The position numbers and the translations under genes are program-made. From Phoronis australis (Eukaryota; Animalia; Phoronida), in NCBI GenBank assembly GCA_002633005.1, contig NMRA01000101.1, positions 1-64,000 on the forward strand: DNA of 64,000 nucleotides, given 5' to 3'. Within the stretch, counting starts at the first letter, position 1; the number at the start of each line of letters is the position of its first letter. Of the stretch, positions 49,401-59,211 are shown piece by piece. Below the pieces are notes generated by a model. The model did no database searches and was not told the origin of the DNA. It worked only from the letters and a program-made list of their open reading frames with translations.

Positions 49401-52400
49401 TTATCCTAGACATATTGTCCACTTAATTACAGCTTTTCGTAATTTTATTAATTACTCGTCCGCTATTCCGGAAGTGACGTTTTAGGAGGCAAGCGTTTCC
49501 CGCCACTTGGTTTTGCGTTGAGTTTACCGTGCGAATCTGTTCTATTCTACTTTTGTTTTGTGCTGTTTTTCAACAATTGTCGCCATCACTTTCCATCGGC
49601 GAGTATCCTGCGGCAAGATAGGTTAGTAGAGAACTCAACTACGTTGGATTTAGGGATTGTTTAGTGTGTTGTAAGCTGAAAATGGCTGGAGTCGGTGACC
49701 CGTATCACAGTGACAGTAGTGTGAGTGACGGAGACCTTGTTCACAGCAGTGGTGACGAGGAATTTTTTCACGGACATTCAGTGGGTGGGTACATGTTTGA
49801 GCCCGAGTATAACGAGGCAGAGTACGCACAGGCACAGGCAGCTGTTGAGAGAAACGAGGCGGCTACTGAGGACAGACGTGGTGACACATCTTGGTGCAAA
49901 TGCACTGTGTGCGTTGTTATGCCTACCTCAATGGAATGCTTGTGCTGTTCAGAGTTCGACGAGGCCAAGCCACTACTGGACATGGTTAAGTGGACCTCCG
50001 GCATACCACGGACAGAGGAACAACTGTCCCACTTGCCAGAGTGTCCCGCGACACACTCCCACTGGATGGTGACCTGAGCACCCAAACTGCTTACATCGTG
50101 TCGTGTGACTCCCTCGCCACACACCTGGCACCTTCTAAATAGCTCCAACACTTTAGACAAGTCCACAATAAACTTATCAAAGTTTGGCTCACCGATCTGT
50201 TCACTGGACGACGAACTGTCCTCTTCACTGGGTGTCGAACTGAGCCTGTAATCACTCCCACTACTCAATATCGCTGCAGGGCTGCTTAGAGGCTCTGGGC
50301 TGGAGAAAACAGCACAGGGCGAATCACCACTGGTTCCAGGAATGGCACGCTCTGGGGTACGTTCGGAGGCACGGGCGACAGTAGATGAAGTGCCTCCACT
50401 GGCTCCAGTCACTGTACTGGCCACAGCTCGCGAGGCTTCTCGCTTCAAAAACGCACTTCTCGGGGGTGGCGACGGGGCACTGCCGGGAATCAACACAGAC
50501 GGAATGGCATCCTTCTTCAGGCGTTGTTTCGCAGGGACCTTCATCAGTTCAGCGTACAAATCCCTTTCGTAATCGGACGGCAGAAAATGCTTGCCACACA
50601 CACGGTAATTCTCCACTGCTTTGTACGTTGCGTGGACGGGTAACGCTGCGTTCTTCACACGAACGAGCCAAGCACGGCGAAGTGTGTCATCCATCGGAAA
50701 GCGATGCAAAGGTTCTCCCAAAGCGCGCGTGAGACGATAATTAGTACATCCCGGTACGCAGCAACAGTGTGGCATGTTGACTGACTAGTAAATGAAAGCA
50801 AACGAGGACGGAACTTAACACAACCGAGGTAGAACAATGACTGACTCGGCAGCTCTCACAGTCAGACTGTATGAAAAGAAATTGGCGCGAAATGCTTGTC
50901 TCCTAAAACGTCACTTCCGGAGTAGCGGACGAGTAATTAACAAAATTACGAAAAGCTGTAATTAAGTGGAAAATATGTCTAGGATAACCAACCAACCTTA
51001 TTTTAGCTCAAAATGACATGAAAAAAAGGTTGCCTTCGCCTTTGAAATCTTCCCATCAAATTAGAGACATCTTTTGTTACTTAAAGGAGTGTAGCCTATT
51101 TTGGGAGCGCAGAAACTTGTCACCTAAGTCTGACTAGGTGAATTAATTTCAACCCAACCTTGGAAGTCCCTGTCTTGCCTACTACTATCGCCACTACTTC
51201 TTGGCATGTATTTTCAAAAGAAAAGTGTAAAAAAATTAAAAACGCACGACTCGTGATGCTATTTCATAAACCAATAAATCATAATGAAGCTGTAAACTTT
51301 GGTAAACTGTTGCAACTGCAGAAAAGCATCGATATAGAAGGCATAAAACCGAAGTTCAGTTTATATGAAATGTATGTAATGGATTGGATTTTTAAAATAC
51401 TTACCTTACATTTTATTATGATTGCAGCCACAAACACGCCGATACTCTGAATAAGATCCCCCAGAACATGTATTAACGCAGCTCGTATAAGAATATTTTT
51501 TCCACTTTTGCCTCTGTCGTTTGAGTTATCTTCACCGTCTTCAACATTGCCCAATGTGTGGTAACTTGTCGTAGGAGTAGTTTTAAGAGGAATGCGGTCG
51601 CTTTGCGCATGTTCCTTTGTATACCCTTCACCTTCACGATTGTGACCTTGACCTCCGTGACTGTGTTCATGTCCCCCGAATCCATGGCTGTGCCCATGTG
51701 AAATACTATCCATGTTTAGATTACATCGTCTACATATATCAAAATTTAGCATAGCGGCCATTCTGAAAGTATAACCAAGCGTAATCGATTAGCCTCTTTG
51801 AAAATTGTTGTAATTACATGCGCTGGTGATTGTAGCATAGACATGGTCTGGCGCAAGCACTTTTCCGAATGACTGCACTTGTCTTCATACATAGGCCTAC
51901 TTAGAACAATGTACGGAATACCAACAAAAAAGAAACGGCGTTTTGTGTTTATTTATTTTATTATTATTATATATAATTATTATTATATATAATTATTATA
52001 TATAATTAGTAGTATAAAAATAATGATAATGATAACAATAACAACAACAATAATAATAATAACAACAACAACAACAATACAACAATAATAATAATATATT
52101 ATTATTATTATTGTTGTCCTTGTTCTTGTTCTTGTCCTTGTCCTTGTCCTTGTCCTTGTCCTTGTCCTTGTCCTTGTTCTTGTTCGTTATATTTTTAATG
52201 CAGATGTAACGACATCGAACAGGCTGGTCAACTCAAGTGACTTTCCAAATATGGAATTCAGTACCGTCGAGTTGCCTTACACGAAACCGACTGCGGAACG
52301 AGGCAAGAGATTAGCCTGCAGCACCACGGCGTGTGCTGAATGCAGAATGGTGAATGTTGGCCAATTCCCCTTTTGTCCACTGACGTCACAAGCATACTGG

Positions 52401-55079
52401 CGCCCCCCAGTGGAGGCCCTGAGAACTCGTAAACAAGCATGTTGGCGACTGTGGTTAAAGTATTTTTTATGATTTTTCCAGAGTCGCTATGTTTTAGTGT
52501 GTTTTTTAAATAATTTTGCATGTCATACTTCTCAGAAAATCAATATTGTTCCAATAAATTAAGAAAATTGGAATATTCATTCTAGCTATCCTGCAACACG
52601 ATCCAACTGTTCTTCTGTGTTACACACGCCGGCAAAGCCAAAGTTTTATCCCNTATCTCCCTTCAAAGAAACAGTAACAAATACTCCACGGCGGTTGGTA
52701 GTGAAAAAAAACTTGTTTTCGCTTGACCAGAACCAAGCCAACATGAGCAATTTTGAGGATAATGCCTCTGCACAATCACCTGTTCTGGGTCGACTCACTT
52801 AACGAATAGCCCCATTATAAAAAATGCTCAAAGTTGCACAAAGTGCAACCAAGTTAATAGTACTAGACCGTCGAGTAGTCGACGAGTAGTTAATTAAATT
52901 ACGAAAAGCAGTAAATAAGTGAAAAATATGTCTGTGATAATCAACGAACCTTATTTTTGCTAAAAATGACATGAAAATGGTTGCCTTCGCCGTTAAGAAA
53001 TAGCCATCAATTTTAGTAAAGTTCCCAAACGATATTGTGTAGTAATCTTTCGTCTATGCCAATCGGAGTTTTTGTCTATAGGTCTACTCTGGATGCCCTT
53101 TGCTCCGAAGGGCTGTTAATCAGAAGACCCTACAAAGCAAAGAGCCATTACTAAGAAAATATTTTTAAAAGGGCTGCTACTCCGAACGGTCTTCAGTCAG
53201 TAGGGCCGTTACTCCAAAATTCCGTTATTCCGCACATTTTTAATTTCTCTAATATAACTCCATGAATCAAATCATGGAAAAATGAAAAGGCAAATGCCTA
53301 CTTTTGTTTGTGCAATTTTTTCCGGGAAATTACATAGTCCATTTAGATCATGGCGCAATTCTTTTACAAAACAATGTACGACGCCTAAACGACACCATGC
53401 TGTGCCAGTGCGACGCCCCTGTGGACGACGTGGGATACCAGTGTTGTGTTCTGCAGACCAAGTTGCTAGAGAGAAAAGCGAGATGATGCAAGTCTTTGAG
53501 GGATACCGTTATGCATTTCAAGAGAAGCACACTTTGTTTGTCTCGTGAGATTCTTAGGTATAAAATGAGAAATTCCGTAAATATTCAACAGTACTTACAT
53601 GACATTGAAGAGAATTCCGCAACACGACGTCACCAACATTGTGTCACCATTAATTTCAAAATCTTTGTGAATTACGCGTTCAACAGCCAGATAGACCAGG
53701 ACCCCAGTCATGACCCAAATGATAAACACGCTAATCATTGCGCCACATATTTCTGCAATTTAGAGAACATGTATGTCATTGTTTTGCATAAAGTCGTTTC
53801 CGAAGATTTCTTCTTTGAAGCTGTGCGTTTTGAAATGGTTTGACCATAAATAGTAGAATTAAAGGTAGTTGCTGACCTTTTTCTCCTTTCGAAGACAATG
53901 AGAATTGTGGTGGGAAGGCATGTCAGTGGAAATATAAAAGGAAATGTCCGCTGTAATAGTTTATTTCATTTGAATAGTACAGTATACTTTTTATGCCATT
54001 AAAGATATTATCCTAAAAGTTCTCAGTACTTCATTACTTATCAAATTAGTGTTTGCACGCTCCTGGCTTATTGGTGGACCCGCACAATGATGATGTTTTA
54101 AAATACTGTATACTAACCAATCAGCCGTTGTACCCATAGATAATTAGTTAATATGGAAATGAGAAAAATGTGATAGAATATCCTACACGACATGACACAT
54201 CCCCTAAACGTTTAACCAGCATGCAGTTTCCTTTTTTACGTTTCCCATGGTCACTACTTGAAGGCGCTTAATAGAACGTTCTTAAAAGGGAAAGCCTATT
54301 TTTACTCATACTATGAATACCGAGTTACCAGACATTTTCACATTAATTAGCGCTCCCCTCGACATTGTTGACTATGCATGAAGAAAAAACATAATTTCAT
54401 AATGTTCCTGTTTTGTTTGAAACCTACTCATTGCAGTAGAAAAAAAACGAAGTATGCCAATTTACAGACATTTGCAAACATTTGTTACTCATTGTTGAAC
54501 TAAATTGACGGGAGCATTTTGTGTGAAGAGAAACATTTGGAGGCTAGGGTCTTTAACAGTTACATTTGTTTACCTTAATCGTGCCTTTTTGCTCTCATTT
54601 TGTTTATTTTGCGAGCTCACTAATTGACTTGATATCGTTACGCCACTAAATAAAAAACAATAGGAGAAGCCATCTCCTAATAACCGCTAAAACAATTTCA
54701 ACAAAATAAGCAATTAAAGGGCATTCGACATGTTTTGTGATTCTATCAAATGAGAGTTGATTTCAGCTTTACCTGCTCTGTGGTAGCCAAATGACATTGT
54801 TTTCGTTGCCGGCTTCTTGGCAAGCCATAACGACACAAGGCTGATAGCGAAGCTAGCCAGGTCGCTGGCAAGATGTGCAGCGTCTGTGAGAAGAGCTAAG
54901 CTGTTGGATAAGATTCCTCCAACAATTTCGGCAATGAGGAACACAAAGCAGACGACACTGACTACGATGAGCGTGTTCCTATCTGCTTTCGAACCTTTCT
55001 TTGCCGTGGGAGGGTGGCAATGTTCCATGGAGTACTTTTCCAGGTTTTCTTCTTCGTTTTGTACATGTATTTCTGCCAT
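43318..55079 (-). CDS. SLC30A2: Zinc transporter, CDF/SLC30 family, ZnT2/3/4/8 group; join(54773-55079, 53599-53752, 51405-51762, 45617-45722, 44582-44716, 43318-43460), 1203 nt, 400 aa
   Basis: All six exons have GT-AG ends and compatible phases. Motifs: SLALLTDAAHLASD (HxxxD), TMSFGYHRAEI.GA, His-rich loop, IRAALIHVLGDLIQSIGV (HxxxD), DPVCTFLFS, LMEGVP, HSLHIWSLT and C-terminal CKDC. The exact paralogue name is uncertain. Confidence 0.92.
44582..44716 (-). CDS. SLC30A2: ZnT coding exon 5
   Basis: GVPRNVDFMLIKKDLQSINGVRSMHSLHIWSLTMEKNAVVVHLAV; gtttag acceptor, gtgagt donor. Confidence 0.92.
45617..45722 (-). CDS. SLC30A2: ZnT coding exon 4
   Basis: PDWTLVDPVCTFLFSVLVLITTFSVLRDTFVVLME; ttttag acceptor, gtaatt donor. 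Confidence 0.92.
47785..48918 (-). mobile_element. Second DINE-1/HINE-like element (same family as 3499-4855)
   Basis: Starts AACAGGAGCAACGCGGAGCG, carries the same GCCACTAGGGG internal repeats, and ends GATGACGGCAATATGCATCCACATATAAATATGTGACCGCGTATAAA. Confidence 0.7.
49682..50077 (+). CDS. KolX-like protein N-terminal part (P2X7 C-terminal Cys-rich domain-like), truncated
   Basis: ATG at 49682; acidic N-terminus, GYMFEPEY, RRGDTSWCKCTVCVVMPTSMECLCCSE. Homology stops at ~49986. Confidence 0.8.
   Translation: MAGVGDPYHSDSSVSDGDLVHSSGDEEFFHGHSVGGYMFEPEYNEAEYAQAQAAVERNEAATEDRRGDTSWCKCTVCVVMPTSMECLCCSEFDEAKPLLDMVKWTSGIPRTEEQLSHLPECPATHSHWMVT
49768..50775 (-). CDS. THAP-domain N-terminal half of a Kolobok transposase (catalytic domain deleted)
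   Basis: MPHCCCVPGC...LHRFP...RRAWL...RVCGKHF...RLKKDAIPS is a complete C2CH THAP with AVP box. A Ser-rich linker follows, then KFIVDLSKVLELFRRCQVC...WECVAGHSGKWDS (zinc-ribbon region preceding the DDE domain). The last ~70 aa are antisense of KolX. Confidence 0.85.
   Translation of the reverse strand: MPHCCCVPGCTNYRLTRALGEPLHRFPMDDTLRRAWLVRVKNAALPVHATYKAVENYRVCGKHFLPSDYERDLYAELMKVPAKQRLKKDAIPSVLIPGSAPSPPPRSAFLKREASRAVASTVTGASGGTSSTVARASERTPERAIPGTSGDSPCAVFSSPEPLSSPAAILSSGSDYRLSSTPSEEDSSSSSEQIGEPNFDKFIVDLSKVLELFRRCQVCGEGVTRHDVSSLGAQVTIQWECVAGHSGKWDSCSSVRGMPEVHLTMSSSGLASSNSEQHKHSIEVGITTHTVHLHQDVSPRLSSVAASFLSTAACACAYSASLYSGSNMYPPTECP
51405..51762 (-). CDS. SLC30A2: ZnT coding exon 3 (His-rich loop, TM5)
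   Basis: MAAMLNF...HGHSHGFGGHEHSHGGQGH...NILIRAALIHVLGDLIQSIGVFVAAIIIKCK; tttcag acceptor, gtaagt donor. Confidence 0.92.
51940..52185. repeat. Compound microsatellite (ATT)n/(AAT,AAC)n/(TTGTCC)n
   Basis: Directly visible. Confidence 0.9.
52880..52992. mobile_element. Isolated, diverged Kolobok TIR of the 49348-51041 family
   Basis: AATTACGAAAAGC...AAATGACATGAAAATGGTTGCCTTCGCCG, followed by TTAA (52993-52996). Confidence 0.75.
53599..53752 (-). CDS. SLC30A2: ZnT coding exon 2 (not in ORF track)
   Basis: EICGAMISVFIIWVMTGVLVYLAVERVIHKDFEINGDTMLVTSCCGILFNVI; ttgcag acceptor, gtaagt donor. Confidence 0.92.
54773..55079 (-). CDS. SLC30A2: ZnT coding exon 1
   Basis: MAEIHVQ...EHCH...AEIVGGILSNSLALLTDAAHLASD...SFGYHRA, with a gtaaag donor. 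An acceptor ttacag lies 1 nt upstream of the ATG, implying an unseen upstream exon. Confidence 0.92.
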
Positions 55080-57526
55080 TCTGTAATGGGAAATACTTCA
55101 GGCTTAAGAGGAGGGAATCAGACAATCTAATTTAGGGGCAAGGATTTGTGACAACGATGATGAATGGTGATATCTATTAAGACATAACAGAAATCCCCGA
55201 TGTCTTCGTTCCCATTTATTATCCTCCAATTTAGTCCGGCATTTTCTTTGGTCACATCACTGGCTCTTCCTCACCAAAAGGAATTGCACTGAATAAGCAT
55301 TAAAAATCACAATGTCAGAAGCCGTGTACATAGCAACTTTTGTAAAAGATATACACCGTACATTTTCCAGCTTTCGCACAGAATCTCATTTTATTTAGAC
55401 AAAGAGGAATTCATCATATTCATACGACACTTTCAGAGATTATGCTTTATGCAGCTTCCATCAAATTTCTAAGGGAAATTGTTTTTAAAATATTTCACCT
55501 TCACATGAAGAGGCATCAAAAATAGGACTTTAATAATTTCCATGAAAAAATCTTAAGTTGCATAAAACAAAAATGAAATGACATTTTAGAAAACTACAAT
55601 GGCATTTTTAGATCTCAACTTGCTTTTTATTAAATTTTACTAAAAAGTAATAGTCACTGGACTCTATCAATGGCAGGTTGCTTAAAAGTTCGAGTACGAA
55701 TTCTCTTCTTCTCAGTAGGGTAATGCATGTCCTTAAATATATCTTTATATTAAGTGGGAGTAGGTCTAATGTTTTACACAAAGGATGAGTATGTGATATC
55801 AACTTAATATAGGCCAGACCAACGTATGACGTTTTTGAATAAGGTCTAAGACCACGGTTCTTGCCTTTAATGACAAAATGAGGTGATTCAGGTTTGATGG
55901 CACTTCTATGGAGTAAATGGAAATTTATTGCCACGAATGGTAATCAGCAGTTTTTAAGTTGTTAGAGTAAAAGAAACCTAGACATTTGACATCTGTTCTG
56001 TTCTATCCGCATCCGGAAGTACCGCCAGTATCAGAGCACTTTCTTGTTCCGCACGAAATGTTTGCTGCCAATATACTTCACACGAACGGAAATTGGAAGA
56101 AAACTCTAGTAGGTAATGTGTATTTTAACCTGTGTTTCTGAAACATACACTGCAAGAGCATTCTTGTCTCCGCTCTCGAACCATAGTGAATTTGTGATTT
56201 TGGAGAGAAAATGTCAAATTCGCATTTTGTTCATTCTTTGACATTTCAATGACATAAAAATGCATGGCTTTGTTGAAGTTCTGTATCCGTGAGAAACCTC
56301 ATGGACTGCGTTTTATGTAAGTCATGCGTGTTTTTCATGTGTCTTGAGACAGGAAGGAAATCAGGACTTTTGTTGAAGCAGACTAGCGACTACGAGATCA
56401 CCCGCTCAAACTGTGGTGTATGCCCTAAGAGTTATGCTGGAGCTATTGTTGACGACCTCATGGAAACATAGATACTCTATAGTCTATGATGAAATGACGA
56501 ATCACCCGGAGAACGATCCAAATGGTGGGAAAAGGGGGGTCAATTGAGAAGGACGAGGCAATGTTTTCCAGTAAAGTCTAATATGGCATATGAATTAGAG
56601 CATTGTAAATCTGTTTTTGGATGTGATATGGAACAATGGTTCGATTAATTATGTACTATCTGTGCTCGTCATTTACATCTGAAAATATTAAAACTAATTT
56701 TGTAAACCTTTAGTCAGAGCACTGGGTTGTAATATTGCTACTAGTTGTATAAACTTAGTAAGTTTGCCTGACAGAACGTGTTATCTGAATAATAACAAAC
56801 AAATCAAGTCACGAAAAAAGCTACACACAGGTATGATTATGCGCTTTTGTAGAGGAATGTTTGCGCCTGAATCCACACAAAGCATGCGCCTTTACAATGA
56901 TCACCCACCCGCACCTATTATTACCAATACCACTCACTACAGCCAAAAGCCTCCGCAAATTTCTTCCAGAACTTGTTAATTACTATATTATTCCACAAAA
57001 ACTAACTGAAAAGATATTTACTCACTCTATTCACGCCATCTCGTCAACCTCAAAAACTCACTTGTTATAAAACTATTCAGAAAAATGCTCAATATCAAAC
57101 TGCAGAATCTGTCGCCCCCAAAATTAATGATGCCTCATTAAAAAATCTTTACTCTTCCTTGAGTAAACAAAATTATTTACTAGATTGCACTGTTTTCATA
57201 ACGACTGCACTAGGATTTTCCTTTGTTATAAAAGACGGAGAATTACGAAAAATAACGTTTATTAGATTTTGTTTACTTCTATAGACGGCTGTAACGGGCA
57301 CTGTGAATGTCGATTCATTCCCAGATTCTGCATGCACCCCTGCAGGTTGTTAGCTCTAAGTTTCACGACGAGGTGACGAGCTGAGCGCCAGGGTTGTGTG
57401 AAATTTCGGTGTCTAACGGAGCTCTACACACGGCTACCTAGCTGTATGTTGACGACAGTCTTCATACAGCTAGCTGGCTTTCTACCTCAGTATGTACATT
57501 TATGATGCAACTTTTGTAAATACATC

Positions 57527-57689
57527 CAGGGGCGGATCCAGGATTTTGAGTTGGGGGGCACGGCAAATGGAGTATTAGCCAGAATTTTGCCCTTCAGACA
57601 TTCGCACAACCGGACTGCCAAATGGAAGCTGGGAGAATTTTATGGAGGGCCATGGCCCCCTTGGCCCTGGCCCTCTAAATCCGCCACTG
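57527..57689. mobile_element. CAG-ended MITE with 5-bp TSD ACATC (hAT5-like); partial copy at ~40370-40514
   Basis: CAGGGGCGGATCCAG...CTAAATCCGCCACTG, flanked by ACATC (57522-57526, 57690-57694). Confidence 0.75.
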
Positions 57690-57987
57690 ACATCTATATA
57701 CTTCGTGTACAATACAATATTTTAACTGCATTCTTAGTTTTCACTTTAAACTGAAGAGTATCTGGTTGTGTCAAGGCAGGGTCAAAAGTTCTGGAAAGAA
57801 ATTTGTACTGCCTAGGGGAAGAAGCCCACAGCCGCACACCTTAACTAACATCTGACAGGTGACAGAAATTCTGCTTGAAGCTTTGAACACGGTCTCTTCA
57901 TTCCTGTCTCTTGCGATGAATGACGCGATCGGTTCACTCTTAGGTGTAGCTATTTTCCCTCGGCGTTTCCCACCCACTAGCCGTCCC

Positions 57988-58033
57988 ACTAGCCGTTACC
58001 CGTGCGAAAGCACGAGCACGGGTAACGGCTAGT
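57988..58033. repeat. Perfect 18-bp inverted repeat resembling two Helitron 3' ends
   Basis: ACTAGCCGTTACCCGTGC-gaaagcacga-GCACGGGTAACGGCTAGT. Confidence 0.6.
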
Positions 58034-58097
58034 AGGATATAAAATCGAATTATTGTGTTCCACAACAGCTTTCTGTCAGCAAACACTGAATCAGCAT

Positions 58098-59211
58098 GCG
58101 CTCACACTGCCTCGGTGCCCGGTCAATTACTGCATCGAAAGCCTGTAACGCAGTGATTTATTCATTGCTGGCTTCTTAAAACATTTGCACTCACAACACT
58201 CCAAGGCATTACAAATTGTATCTAATGAGACAGACTTTGTTTCAGTTATTGGTTAGGGTGAGAATAATTCATTTTGCCAAACAGAACGCACAATAATAAA
58301 CGTCAACTCGCAATCCCGACTTAGACGAGTGCTCATCCCACGAAGACTTCACAGGTCGATCGCTAGGTTTCACAGGCTATCAGTTCGAACCAGAAAACAC
58401 TGATCAAGAAATAATAGAGAGGCTCCGTGAACGTGCACAGATAACTTAACATTTGGATAGTTCCGAAAACCGTTTGAATGACTTGTCATGGTGTCAGTGA
58501 GCAAATTGCACGATAATGGAAACGACTGGCGCTTGCGTTTGCTGCCACGAAATTCGGCAAGAGAAACGCCTTGTTAGAGAAGCGCAGATGTGTCTTACGG
58601 ACCCGGCCATCCTGATTTTGCACCGCGTCTAAACAGAGGTGTGCTTATGTTTTTAGAGCTGAAAAAAGAACTGGCGAAAACATCCTACACCCAGGATACC
58701 AAACAGAAGCCTCACGAACGAGTCAGTCATCAAACAGGTTATATAAAATGTTATGTTCTCACGCCTTGAATTAATTGCAATTATTTATGTTTTCATGGCC
58801 AACTACAACTCTCCATAATCAAAAACCGACCAACAACCGATCTGACGAAATGCAGGCCTCTGACAGACACGGAGAAGTTCCACGGCCTCATACTTGGTAT
58901 TAACGGTGTACTTTTCATTTTTCACTACCGCAAGCCACTTCCGAAGCATTATGGGCTCTCGAGAAAATCGAAAAAACGATATACCCGGTTTCGACGCAGC
59001 TACGTAGTTCGCACAAGCGGGAACGATACACCACACCATAGCGGCACTCACTCTGCAGAAGAACGACGGACGTCGCTGTGACGTTTCTCACCTTCCTCAC
59101 GCGTTAATGCGACACCTCTCGGTGAGGTAAGATATACCGCAAACGAGGTGACGTGGATATAGACCGATTAAGACGGTAAAAACGACTGATCAAATCGGGT
59201 GGCATTTTCCT
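58098..59211 (-). mobile_element. Third Kolobok derivative (same family as 6334-8483), one end missing
   Basis: Ends GGGTGGCATTTTCCT|TTAA (59212-59215). THAP remnant MVWCIVPACANY...FFRFSREPIMLRKWLAVVKNEKYTVNTKYEAVELLRVC at 58860-59039(-). KolX remnant GYQFEPENTDQE...RLNDLSWCQ*ANCTIMETTGACVCCHEI...CLT..HPDF at 58375-58620(+). 58100-58440 is the reverse complement of ~7285-7650. Confidence 0.85.

Larger units (their letters stand above)
49348..51041 (-). mobile_element. Internally deleted Kolobok DNA transposon in ZnT intron 3
   Basis: ~155-bp near-perfect TIRs (AGGCGAAGGCAACC... / ...GGTTGCCTTCGCCT). Flanks TTAC and TTGA are each one mismatch from TTAA. Convergent THAP-transposase and KolX gene starts are fused at ~49986. 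Confidence 0.88.

Noticed and set aside
49664-50077. Host P2X7 receptor gene
   Set aside because: Only the Cys-rich cytoplasmic-type motif is present, inside TIRs and opposite a THAP ORF, so it is transposon KolX.
53090-53230. ~16-bp degenerate repeats (CTCCGAAGGGC-like), also at ~22935-23010
   Set aside because: Probably foldback-element arms, but too decayed to define boundaries.
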